Assembly: GCA_963722105.1 (NCBI GenBank)
Contig: CAVRKQ010000008.1
Location: forward strand, 7,433-71,432
Length of the DNA stretch: 64,000 bases
Origin: an uncultured Chloroflexia bacterium
Lineage (GTDB): Bacteria > Chloroflexota > Limnocylindria > Limnocylindrales > CSP1-4
Direction of reading: 5' to 3'
Positions within the stretch are counted from its first letter, which is position 1. Every line of letters starts with the position of its first letter. Below are positions 1 through 10,154 of the stretch, in pieces. The translations under genes were made by a program, and so were the position numbers. The notes under the pieces were generated by a model. The model did no database searches. It had not been told where the DNA came from and was given only the letters and a program-made list of their open reading frames with translations.

Positions 1-699
1 TCCGGCCCGACGCGGGTCGCCGGCTGGAACGCCGCGCGCACCGCCGAGGCCTGGGCCGAGCTGATGCGCCGCCTCGGCTACGACCGCTACGGGGCGCACG
101 GCAACGACGCCGGCGCCATCGTCGTCGCCGATCCTCGGCGAGCTCGACCGCGACCACGTCATCGGCACCCACGTCACCCAGATCTTCTCGTTCCCGACGG
201 GCGCGCCGGGCGAGTTCGACGGGCTTACCCAGGCGGAGTTCGGCTACCTGCAGTTCGGCCAGGCGTTCGTCGAGCACGCGATCCACGACCGGTCGCAGTC
301 GAACCAGCCGCAGACGATGGCCCACGGCGTTGGCCGATTCGCCGGCGGGGCAGGTGGCCTGGATCGGCCAGCTCCTCGGCGACGCCGTCCCGATCGACGA
401 CATCCTGACCATCGCCTCGCTGTTCTGGTTCACCAACACCGCGGCCTCCTCGGCCCGGTTCTACTTCGAGAACCGCGCCTGGTTCGCGACCCACGCGGGC
501 GAGCGCCAGGGCGAGGTGACGACCATCCCGATCGGCCTCGCCTCGTTCGCCTACGACTTCAAGCCCGATCCGCAAGTTCGCCGAGCGCGACCACTCGAAC
601 ATCGTCCACTGGAACAACTACGACCGCGGCGGCCACTGGGCCGCGCACGACGCCCCCGACCTGTTGCTCGGCGACATTCGGGAGTTCTTCCGCAAGGTC
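1..699 (+). pseudogene. epoxide hydrolase-like alpha/beta hydrolase, 3' portion (continues left of window); frame changes three times as assembled
   Basis: Four pieces join into one microsomal-type epoxide hydrolase C-terminal half. They are LMRRLGYDRYGAHGNDAGAIV (frame of 64), ILGELDRDHVIGTHVTQIFSFP (from 131), ADSPAGQVAWIGQLLGDAVPIDDILT..SARFYFENR (frame of 330) and IRKFAERDHSNIVHWNNYDRGGHWAAHDAPDLLLGDIREFFRKV (frame of 664). No stop codon follows FFRKV. Confidence 0.6.
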
Positions 700-733
700 A
701 TTTGCGAGGGGCGCTCGGCAGGTACCTCCGCCG

Positions 734-1901
734 CTATCCGACCTTTTGGAACTCGAGCACTGTCTCGGTGCGCATGCGGCGGCCGAGGTGAGATGGACCT
801 GTCGGGGGCGGCAGATATCTGCGCCGATCTGGCAGGGTATGCTCCCGTGCAGCCATCAGCTCGAGGCCAGCGTGCCTTGCCGCCACGGCGACAGTTCTCA
901 GCGTTGTCGACAAGTCTTCCGTCCAGATAGGAGTTGCCCACGACCATAACGGCGCGCCCTCCAAAACGGAGAACCCGTCTTACTTCACCCGTGACCGCAA
1001 GGACATCATTCGCGTAGCGGTGTACAAGGCGGCGGTTCTCGTCGGGATACCTCTGCGGGAAGGCTCGATTGCGCAACGTGCGCCACGTACGCCGTGGCGT
1101 CGAGGCCGCGTTCCGTGCCCATTGCCTGAGGCTGTCGCTCCGAAGTTCACCAAGACTGTAGCCAAGCCACACGAGCGAGAGTCGGTGGCCGCGAAGATAG
1201 TCGATCGCGTTCAGGTACGGTGGTGACGTAAGAACGAGGTCCACGGAGTCGGCGGATATCGGAAGGCTGCGCGTGTCACCGAAGCTGAACCGCTTAAGGT
1301 TGGCGCGAGTGCTTCGTTCGAGGCCAGAAAGAAGGACAACTAGCCGCCTTACCGATCGATCGAGCGCCGCGAAGACATCGTATTCCCCTGGCTCATACCA
1401 GCGATGTGGGCGCGAATGTGCAGCGTCTCGGGCGAGCGAGGCCCCGCGGTCCTTGGTGACGATGATCCGGCTCAATCCAAGTCGAACTACGTCAGCCTCG
1501 GGGCCATGGCGAAGGACTAGGCTCCGCGCATCCCGCTAATGGAGTTGCTGCTTGGTCGCGAACCAGAAGTCCACTAACGCTCGTAGGGCTCGGGATCAGA
1601 GTCGATCCACGGAACCTTGACGTCAGGGCCGTTCTGTCGACAGTCTTCCAGGATGGCCGCAAGGTCCTTAAGCACAACATCGGCGTCGACTCTTGATAGC
1701 CAAACCCGCGACATCAGGATGGCCAATGGGTCTAGTTAATTTGAACGCCGCGTGCTTCAGGTCTGTGGCAACCCTCAACGCCGTGCCAGATCCGCACATC
1801 GGATCCAACACCACAGAACCTGCAGAAAGGCCTCGGCACGCGCGCAGCGCAATCTCGGGTGCCATCCTCGCTGGAAATGGATGGATCGGACGGAGATTCA
1901 C
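734..1901 (-). pseudogene. N6/N4-type DNA methyltransferase, disrupted (in-frame TAG plus at least 3 frame changes)
   Basis: Motifs are IHPFPARMAPEIA and DPMCGSGT (AdoMet motif I), LDPLAILMSRVW, FWFATKQQL, LSRIIVTKDRGASLARDAAHSRPH and LTSPPYLNAIDY (motif IV). The C-terminus LPDRRRYLPPP..ETVLEFQKV lies in another frame (ORF 734-964). A GTG start at 1901 has GGAAGG 5 nt upstream. An in-frame TAG sits at 1537-1539. Confidence 0.75.
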
Positions 1902-4570
1902 TTTGCCTTCCGTGCTGCGGCTCGGCACGGTTGCCGATGCGGTCGTGGCGCCGCGGCCAAGTTCAACATCGACACCGTGGCGAAGATGCTTCGAGGAAGG
2001 CCAGAAAAGCTGAGACACGACGTGGTCTCGAATTCGGTCAGGACTTGCGCTTAGGAACACGTTTTCGACGTTAACGGCAACCAAAGTCGGCGCAATGACA
2101 CGAAGGCCCGTCATAACGTTTCGAACATCGCCGCGTGTGGGCGTCACAGATCCACCGGTTGCTGTCTTGATGCGGTCCGCGATAACCGAGACGGTCACGG
2201 CGTTCGGCCCTTGATACCCAATCTCGTCGAGCACCTTGAGAACGAGTGCGAGTGACACCCGCGGCTTCCCTGATTCCTTCGCCACGAACTCCTCGACCCA
2301 TCTATCAGCTTATCTGGGTCGTGAAGTGCCCCAATCGCCTGAAGCGCTCGCAAGTCGAGGGGCCCTGTCGCAGCTGCGAGCATTAGCAGTTTGGCCAGAG
2401 CCTGGGCACGCATAGGGACAACCTTGTCTTCTTGCGCCTGCTCTCCAAGTGCACCGGTCTCATAGTCCGGAGCAACAGCGAGCGTGAACGCTGCGCCGTA
2501 TTTCGTCCGGTGACGGCGAAGGGCCGCCGTATTGACGTCCTTTGCCTTTACGCGCTCTCGACCTGTCGACTTGGCCTTGTACGTGAACGTATAGCGAAGG
2601 CATATCTGACTCCCCGGGAGTCAGGGGCGCGATAGCTACCCCTTCGGGCTCGCCTTGTCGGCCCAAGCGACGCACGTCGAGTCCTAGGTACTCCAAGGTG
2701 TCGCCGACGAGTAACTCCAAACCCTTCGCGTGCTCCACCGCGGCAAGAAGCATCTCCCGCTATCTGAGCGGCAGTCCGCCGGTTCATGCGGGAAATGATC
2801 CGCTGCAGTTGGTCGCGGTACGCGACAACGTCGTCGACCTGAGTCGAGTCAACCCCCGCATCAATGAGGAACGCACTCCCAAGCAAGTCCACGAGGGCAG
2901 CGTCGCGAAGCAGCAACTTCTCTTCCTGGCTCGAACTGTGCTCCCGCGCAAAGGGATGGACAAGTTGACAACGACGGCGCGACGCCCGATGTCGAAAAAT
3001 TCCAGCCAGGGGTGTGTCGGGCGAGCCATCCTCCAGAATCACTTCCGCGACGGCCTCCTCCGGCCCGGAAGCCGTCCCAGGTCGCGGCTGTTGACCCGGC
3101 GTCATCGACTCGGGATGCAAACGCAGGAAGGCCACCTGCCGACCTCAGGCCGTCGCGGATCACGCGTTCCAGCGGTTGAAGCGGCACGCTGCTCCACGTC
3201 CTGGAAAATGAGCTGCCGGCCTCCTTCCAAGCCGCTTCTACCGCTGCGTCGTGCGCAACGCGCGCCTTGTTGAAGATGGCGAAGAAACGCTCGGAACACG
3301 CACCAGCCGGTTCCTTCGGTGAAGGTCTCTCGGTTGACCGCTAGAAAGCGATCGAGGCCATCAGCCCGGACGCTCGCTTTGAACTTGGACCAAGCGGAAT
3401 GGCTCAAGTTCTGCAGACCGAAATACTGATCGGCTGGCTGCACCACCCGACCGAGATGTTCACTTCAAATCCATTCGACGGAAGCAAGTCGTCGCTCTTA
3501 CCGCCGGTTATGCGATCCTTGGTAAAGCCGCACGGTGCCAGTCACGCGGCCGGGTACGCCGTCAATCGTCACGTGGGGAAATGGATCGTTCGACGCGACG
3601 ACCTTGGCCACGAGGTCATCGCTTACCTCGACCGTTTCGATCAGGGCTGGACCAATCTGCCATTCGCGATCAACGGGCACTTCGAGTTTGGTCGACCCGA
3701 GGGTCTCGCCATTGAAAGAGATCGTCATCGACGGGCCGAGCGGGAGCGCGCTGCGCAGCATCCGACGAATTTGCCCTATCTGCATTGCGCGACCAGCGGG
3801 CTTGAGCGTGGTCAGCAGCGCGAGTGTCCAGGTCCCGGGTGGATCAGGAGGCATCGCATCTGGAACTCCACGGGGTCCTCATACTCTGGGGCCTCTGGTC
3901 GCGGCACTCCTCGATTGATGAGCTCCCAAGGCATCGTCGCCACCGTCGATCTTCTTCAGGAGCGCCTCGATCTCTTCAAGCGCCGCTTCCCGGACCTCGA
4001 GAGAGATCGGTGAGATGGCAAGGTTGCCCGCAGGCCCCGCCCTCTCGATCCTGCGGTAGTCCATCGAGATGGCTCTTGTGACCCCATCTGCGGCCCGACA
4101 CACGTAGGTAAAGCTTGCTCGCCAATAGGTATGTTGCGGCTCGCCTAGACCAAACTTCCCAATCTGCGGCCGTGAATAGGTGCTTCCGTCTGTCCGTTTG
4201 GTAGAGACAGCTACGCGCCAAAGGTCCCTGAAGCCTTCAATCTGATTGAGCCGCCGTCGTCGAGAATCCAGACGGCCGCGTACTCCGCACCGAGATTTGG
4301 CGACAGCCCCACGTACACGACCTTCGCTCCCGCATCCCACGAATTCGCCACCAGTTCCTCGAACGCCTTGTTGGGCGAGGAGTACAGGTGCTCGCTGAAG
4401 CGTTCAAGGAACTGAGGTCCGATCGACACCTCGACAGTGCCGACTGGAGCGCCGGCCGCCGCGAGCGAAGCAGAAATCCCCGCCGGCGGGCCGCTTGGCG
4501 TGGCGCCCACGCTCTTCATCTCCATCGTGCGTTGCGGCTGCGTTGGCCTTCGCTGCCGGTTGTCCGTCAA
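1898..4570 (-). pseudogene. MORC-like GHKL (HATPase_c_3-type) ATPase with C-terminal PD-(D/E)xK-like region, multiply frameshifted; 3' limit uncertain
   Basis: The N-terminus reads IGPQFLERFSEHLYSSPNKAFEELVANSWDAGA, then ILDDGG, EGFRDLWRVAVSTKR and GKFGLG/AATYLLASKL/TYVCRAADG (Bergerat-fold motifs). The distal part LELLVGDTLEYLGLDV..GEPEGVAIAP..YTFTYKAKS resembles an Mrr-type nuclease core. Pieces are scattered over all three minus frames (ORFs 4211-4570, 3879-4340, 3976-4221, 3498-3854, 3102-3446, 2548-3135, 2460-2753, 2195-2413 and the upper part of 1668-2285). Confidence 0.5.
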
Positions 4571-4654
4571 TTGATTCCCCCCTATACGGTCATGACGAAT
4601 TTGTACGACAGCTCACTCAATAACCCAACCGATGCCACCCGGCTTTGCTGATCC

Positions 4655-6097
4655 CTACTCGTCCGAGTTGTCGCATAGGTGGCTTCCGCAACCCACCCTT
4701 AGCATGCTTAGCCAAGCGCAGGCGTGTATGAGGATCGCAGACTCATCGCGCGTCACGTCATCCATGGGTCCGTGGCCGATTTGATTCCGCAAGTTCAAGC
4801 CCAGCGGCTCAGCGAGCAAATTGACAAGGTACCGGCGCCAAGACTCATCCAACTCGCCCACGAGGTCGGCCAACAGTTCGTTGAGGTGCGCACTCCTCCG
4901 GGTCGATCGCCAGATGGCTCACGGACAATCAGCACGCCCGCCGAGCGCGCCAAAGCGCGAATGACTCTGCTCGAAGGGTGGGGGTGCCAGCAAGTGAGCT
5001 TGCCGAGCTCAAGTCTCCGTGCGAGTGCAGTTCAATGGCCCTCGCAAACCGGCGCGCCGCTGAGCGATCGACAAGTTCGCTCTCGAAACGCCTAAAGGGC
5101 GGGAGCGTCGGGAGGCCCGTACCGAGTAAATGCCTGGGTGAGCGCCTCCGCGGCAAGGTGGGCGAACCAGCGAATCGACCTGAGCCTCCTGCTCGATGAT
5201 TTCGACCGCTTGGTGTTCCTCCTGGCCGGCGATATGGCGAAGCCGCGTGTTTTCGGGCCCCAGCACCGTCCTCTGGAAAAGGAATGGAAGCGGGAACTCC
5301 ACCATAAGTTCCGCGATCAAACTTTTCGTTCTCATCAACAAGGCCTGATGGAGAGCCGAAGCTGCGAGGGCGAGGCGCTCGAGAAACTGTTCGAAGTCGT
5401 CGTCGCCAACGACCAGGCCGAGGGCCGCGTTAACACCATCTTGGTTGACATACTCCACCGCATAACTCAGGTCCTTTAAGTTCAGGTCCGTGTGTCGGAC
5501 GTTCCTGAAGGGCTCGACGTAGCGAGTCGATTTCAGGGCGAAGACCATTGACCTGGGCCACCCCGAGCGCATCTTCTTGTAGGGCAAAGAGCTTCTGCGG
5601 CCCTCCCTGCCCGTCTCCCCAGCGCACCCACCGGTCGATCTGCCTACGCCGGGCCTCGGCGGCGCCGGTTGCGCAACCCGACCGTCGCGCGATCAAGTCA
5701 GCGACAGCGTCAAGGACCGGCGGTTCTGCTTCGTAGCGTGCTTCAAGCCTCGCCAAGAACTGATCGATCCCGACTGGTTGCAGGGGCGGTGGGAGACGGG
5801 TAACTGAGGCCAAAAGCCGGAGCTGTATCTGGCTCGTGCCGCCCGCTCACAAGCGATTCGTCGGCTTGAGCCATTGCACGTTGGCGGGCATTCTCGACAC
5901 GAGGCACGTCATTGATCGTCTTCGCCAGCTGTACGGCACGGCACGTCGCGAGCACGGCTGTCATCGACGCTTGTCCTCGCATCCTTCGACAAATCGAGAT
6001 AGGCATCGATTGCGCTTCGACAGGCGCCCACATCGTTCGTAAACGTCCACAGCAGGTCTCCGGACCGTGCCAGTGCTAGCGGCGTGCGGGCCTCCAT
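4655..6097 (-). pseudogene. DUF4209-like protein, multiply frameshifted; 5' limit uncertain
   Basis: The C-terminal piece LVNLLAEPLGLNLRNQIGHGPMDDVTRDESAILIHACAWL carries the NLRN..HG signature I associate with DUF4209. Upstream protein-like pieces occur in different minus frames (ORFs 5009-5587, 5430-5813, 5743-6033, 5909-6097). Confidence 0.4.
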
Positions 6098-6381
6098 GCC
6101 ATCTCGCCATGAGCTTAGCGCCTTGTCGGACTCGGCTCCCTCCGTTCGCCCGTTCGTCTCGAATGCCCAGCAGCGCAGGCTTAGACCGCGCCTTGCGTCG
6201 TCGGATCGATCGTCTCCGAGTACACGCAGTCAAAGGCCGTCGCGTGCCATTGATGCAGCCGATCCGGCCCCGACCAACTCCCACAGCAACCGGGCAACCT
6301 TGGTCTAGCCTGCCGAATTCCAGAGGCAGCCTTGTTGATGACGTTAACGACCCCGGTCACTCGCCATTCCAATCAGAAAGT

Positions 6382-6413
6382 GAGCGGGCCCAGTGGAGGA
6401 ACTGGGCCCGCTC
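6382..6413 (-). terminator. intrinsic terminator-like hairpin downstream of nrdJ
   Basis: A perfect 12-bp stem GAGCGGGCCCAG/CTGGGCCCGCTC encloses an 8-nt loop. On the minus strand it is followed by ACTTTCTGATT. It lies 27 nt after the nrdJ stop at 6440. Confidence 0.6.
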
Positions 6414-6439
6414 AGGTCCGGTCGTATGCGCCGTTGGGC

Positions 6440-9400
6440 TCAGCTGCAGCCGGAGGTCGACCCACAGTTGAGGCACTTGTAGCAAGAGCCGTTGCGAACC
6501 ATGATCGAGCCGCAATCCATGCACGACGGGGCGTCGGCCTGGGTGGCGAAGGCGACCTTGGTGCCGCCGAGATTCAGGGTGATTCCGCCGCCGTTGGCGG
6601 GCTTGTTCGCGGACGAACCATTGGCATGCCCGTTCGAGTGGCCATTGGAATGCCCATTCGAAGCCGCGCCGACGGTGGCCAGGTAGCCGAGCTCGACCTT
6701 CTCGACCCTTGGAGCATCGTCGATCGACGACTGCATCCCGAGTGGGGCTGCACTCGCCGCGGGGGCGGTGGCGATGGCCTTCGGCTGGTCGTCCGATGAA
6801 CCCGCCGAGGCGGGCGGATCGGCGGCCGGAGGGGTCGGGTCCGAGAGCGTATCGGCAGCGGAGCCGCTTGCGGCGGAGCTGGCGGGCGAAGCCGTAGCGA
6901 GCGGAGCCGACGCCGAGACGGCGAGACGAGCCGGGGCGTCCTCGATCGAGCTGCGATCGATCAACCCGAGGCCGGACTTCTCGTCATCGCGTCAGGAACC
7001 GCGATCCCATCCACCGGAAGATGTAGTCCACCAGGGACTTGGCGATCGGGATCTCGGAGTTGCCGGTGAAGCCGGAGGGCTCGAACCGGACGTGCGCGAA
7101 CTTGTTGACCAGGTCGCGGAGCGGGACGCCGTACTGGAGCGCGACGGACACGGTCGTGGCGAACGAGTCCATCAGGCCGGAGACGGTCGACCCTTCCTTG
7201 GCCATCTTCAGGAAGATCTCGCCGGGCTGGCCGTCCGGGTAGAGACCGACCGTGATGTAGCCCTCGTGGCCCGCGATGTCGAACTTGTGCGTGACCGCGG
7301 TCCGCTCGGCCGGGAGCCGGCGGCGGTGCGGCTTGCCCGCCTCGACCTGCGACGCGCTCAGCTGATCCGTGAGCTGCTTGATGAGGGCCTGCTGTTCGGC
7401 CGAGCCCTCGTCCTTCTTCTTGCCGGTCGAGAGCGGCTGCGAGCGCTTGCTGTTGTCGCGGTAGATCGCGATCGCCTTGAGGCCCTGCTTCCAGCCCTCG
7501 AGGTAGACCTGCTCGATCTCCTCGGCCGTCGCGGCCTCGGGCATGTTCACGGTCTTGCTGATCGCGCCCGAGATGAACGGCTGGACCGCACCCATCATCC
7601 GGATGTGGCCCATGTAGTGGATGCGACCGCTCGCCGTTGACCGGCTTGAACGCGCAGTCGAAGACGGGGAGGTGCTCCGGCTTGAGGGCCGGCGCGCCCT
7701 CGATCGTCTCGTTGTCGTTGACGTAGTCGAGGATGGCCTGCGTCTCGTCCGCGGTGTAGCCGAGCTTCTTGAGCCCGACCGGCACCGTCTGGTTGACGAT
7801 CTTCAGGAAGCCCTCGCCGACGAGCTTCTTGTACTTGATGAGGGCGATGTCGGGCTCGATGCCGGTGGTATCGCAATCCATCATGAACGCGATCGTCCCG
7901 GTGGGGGCGAGCACGGTCACCTGGGCGTTGCGGTAGCCGTTCTCCTTGCCGAGCTCGAGGGCCTCGTCGAAGACGACCTTCGCCGCGTCGAGGATCTCCT
8001 GGGGCACGCCGGCCTTCGTCAGGGCGTAGGCGGCGGTCGCGGTGCTTGCCGATGACGCGGAGGAAGGGAGCGCGATTCACGTCGTACTCGAGGAACGGCC
8101 CGCCGTGATCTCGAGCGATCACCGCGGACTGCCGGTAGGCCTCGCCGTGCATGATCGCGGTGAGACCGGCGGCGAAGTTGCGACCCTCAGGCGAGTCGTA
8201 CGCGAGGCCGCGTGACATCAGCAGGGCGCCGAGGTTCGCGTAGCCCAGGCCGAGCGGCCGGAACTTGTGGCTGTTCTCCTCGATCCGCGGCGTCGGGTAG
8301 GACGCGTTGTCGACGAGGATCTCCTGGGCGGTCAGCGTGACCCGCGCCGCGTAGCGGTAGTCCTCGACGTCGAACTCGCCGTCCTCACCGACGAACTTCA
8401 GGAGGTTGAGGCTCGCCAGGTTGCAGGCGGTGTCGTTGAGGAACATGTACTCGGAGCACGGGTTGGACGCGTAGATCCGATCCGTGTTCGCGGACGTGTG
8501 CCAGTCGTTGATGGTCGAGTCGTACTGGATCCCGGGGTCGCCGCAGATCCAGGCCGCGTCGGCCATGCGCCGGAAGATGTCCCGCGCGCTGAGGGTGTCG
8601 ACCGGCTCGCCCGTGGTGACCGACTTCGTCGTCCACTGGCCGTCGTTCTCGACCGCCCGCATGAACTCGTCCGTGACCCGGACCGAGTGGTTGGCGTTCT
8701 GGAAGTAGACGCTCCCGTAGGCCTCGCCCGTGAAGCTCGGGTCGTAGCCCTGCTCGATCAGCGCCCAGGCCTTCTTCTCCTCGAGCTGCTTCGAGTCGAT
8801 GAACTCGAGCACGTCGGGGTGGTCCGCGTCGAGGATCACCATCTTGGCCGCGCGGCGGGTCTTGCCGCCCGACTTGATGACGCCGGCGAACGCGTCGTAG
8901 CCCTTCATGAAGCTGACCGGGCCGCTTGCAATCCCGCCGCCGGACATGCGCTCCTTCGAGCTCCGGATGGGGGAGAGGTTGCTGCCGGCGCCCGAGCCGA
9001 ACTTGAAGAGCATGGCCTCGGTCTTCGCGAGGTCCATGATCGAGCCCATGTTGTCCTGGACGCAGTTGATGAAGCACGCGGAGCACTGCGGCTTCGGCTC
9101 GATCCCGACGTTGAACCAGACCGGCGAGTTGAACGCCATCTTCTGGTGGACGAGGAGGTGGGTCAGCTCGGCCTGGAAGGCCTTGCGGTCCTCGTCGGTC
9201 GCGAAGTAGCGCTGGGTCTCGGCCCACGAGGCGATCGTGAGGACGACCCGGTCGATGAGCTGCTTGACGCTGTTCTCGCGCTCCGGGGTCCCGACGTGCC
9301 CGCGGAAGTACTTGCTCACGACGACGTTGGTCGCGAGCTGGCTCCAGGCCTTGGGGACCTCGACGTCCTTCTGCTCGAAGACGGTCTTGCCGGTCTCGGA

Positions 9401-9664
9401 GGAGATGGCGGCCGTGCGGAGCTCCCACTCGATCTCGTCGTAGGGGTGGATGTCCGCGCGCGTGAAGCGGCGCTCCCACTTGAGGCCCTTGACCTTGTTG
9501 CCGAAGCCGTCCGTGCCGTCGAAGCTCGCGCCCCACTGGCCGGCCAGCTGCCGGCCTCGGGCCTTGCCGGCGCGGCTCCTGGCTGCCGAGCCCTTCGCAG
9601 TCGGCGCGGCTCCCTTGTCGGTGTTCGCCATGACCGGGACCGGTGCCGCGGTTGCTCGGGCCAT
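6440..9664 (-). pseudogene. nrdJ: class II (adenosylcobalamin-dependent) ribonucleotide reductase NrdJ, three frame changes as assembled (possibly sequencing artefacts)
   Basis: Motifs include NPCSEYMFLNDTACNLASLNL and TGIEPDIALIKYKKL. Further motifs are [28 protein letters not shown] and the C-terminal Zn-ribbon CMDCGSIMVRNGSCYKCLNCGSTSGCS. Four ORF-track pieces (7595-9970, 6961-8007, 6984-7613, 6440-6964) abut at about 8031-8040, 7612-7620 and 6985. The ATG at 9664 is preceded by GGAGAGGA; an alternative ATG lies at 9760. Confidence 0.9.
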
Positions 9665-9866
9665 CGTCGTCCTCTCCTCGCCGCCGGGGGCACCCGAGCG
9701 GTCGTCCTGCTTGCCCGCGTAGCTGCGCGGGTCGTCTCCTCGCCTGGTCCTCTCTGCCATCTGCTCGCCCCGTTGCTCGCTGATCGTTGGGTCTTGATTC
9801 GGACGGTGTTCTGGGGGTCCGAAACGGTCGATCCGGGGCTCCATGCATCGATTGCGCGAGACGACA

Positions 9867-9895
9867 ACTGTACGCCTTGGGGAGGGGCGAGTCAA
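9867..9895 (-). promoter_or_regulatory. sigma70/HrdB-like promoter of nrdJ
   Basis: The minus strand reads TTGACT (9895-9890), a 17-nt spacer, then TACAGT (9872-9867). It lies immediately downstream of the NrdR boxes. Confidence 0.55.
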
Positions 9896-9902
9896 GGCAA
9901 AA

Positions 9903-9951
9903 CCACAACATCTTGTGGTTTGCAACGTCGCCCGATCCCAACATCTAGTGG
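9903..9951 (-). promoter_or_regulatory. two NrdR boxes
   Basis: The boxes are CCACAACATCTTGTGG (9903-9918) and TCCCAACATCTAGTGG (9936-9951). Both are 16-bp palindromes resembling the NrdR consensus acaCwAtATaTwGtgt. Their starts are 33 bp apart, upstream of an RNR gene. Confidence 0.7.
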
Positions 9952-10154
9952 CCCGGCCACTTCCCGCCATCCACGCTCAACACACCGTTCCGCCCCGTTC
10001 GTCCACCTCCGCTCCCAGGTCATGCACACCGCCGCGCGGCTAATCCACGACGAGCTTGCGGGTTGTCCACCGCCGGCGCCTCGGCCATGGATGATATCGA
10101 ACGGATGTTCCAATAAGCAACGGTGCAGTCGCGCCCGCGACGATTGTTCCCGCC

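Noticed and set aside
1731-1745. The AT-rich CTAGTTAATTTGA in the methyltransferase as an engineered three-frame stop cassette or insertion scar
   Set aside because: The stop codons do not cover all three frames on either strand and no flanking vector- or transposon-like sequence exists. Ordinary mutational decay is simpler.
700-6440. Integrase, att direct repeats or a tRNA target that would mark the low-GC island as an integrative element
   Set aside because: None was found by inspection of both junctions. The only tRNA in the window is 47 kb away.
9665-9900. Possible cobalamin riboswitch in the long nrdJ leader
   Set aside because: I could not find a B12-box-like element or the expected conserved core by eye. 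NrdR boxes already explain regulation. Only a covariance-model scan could settle it.
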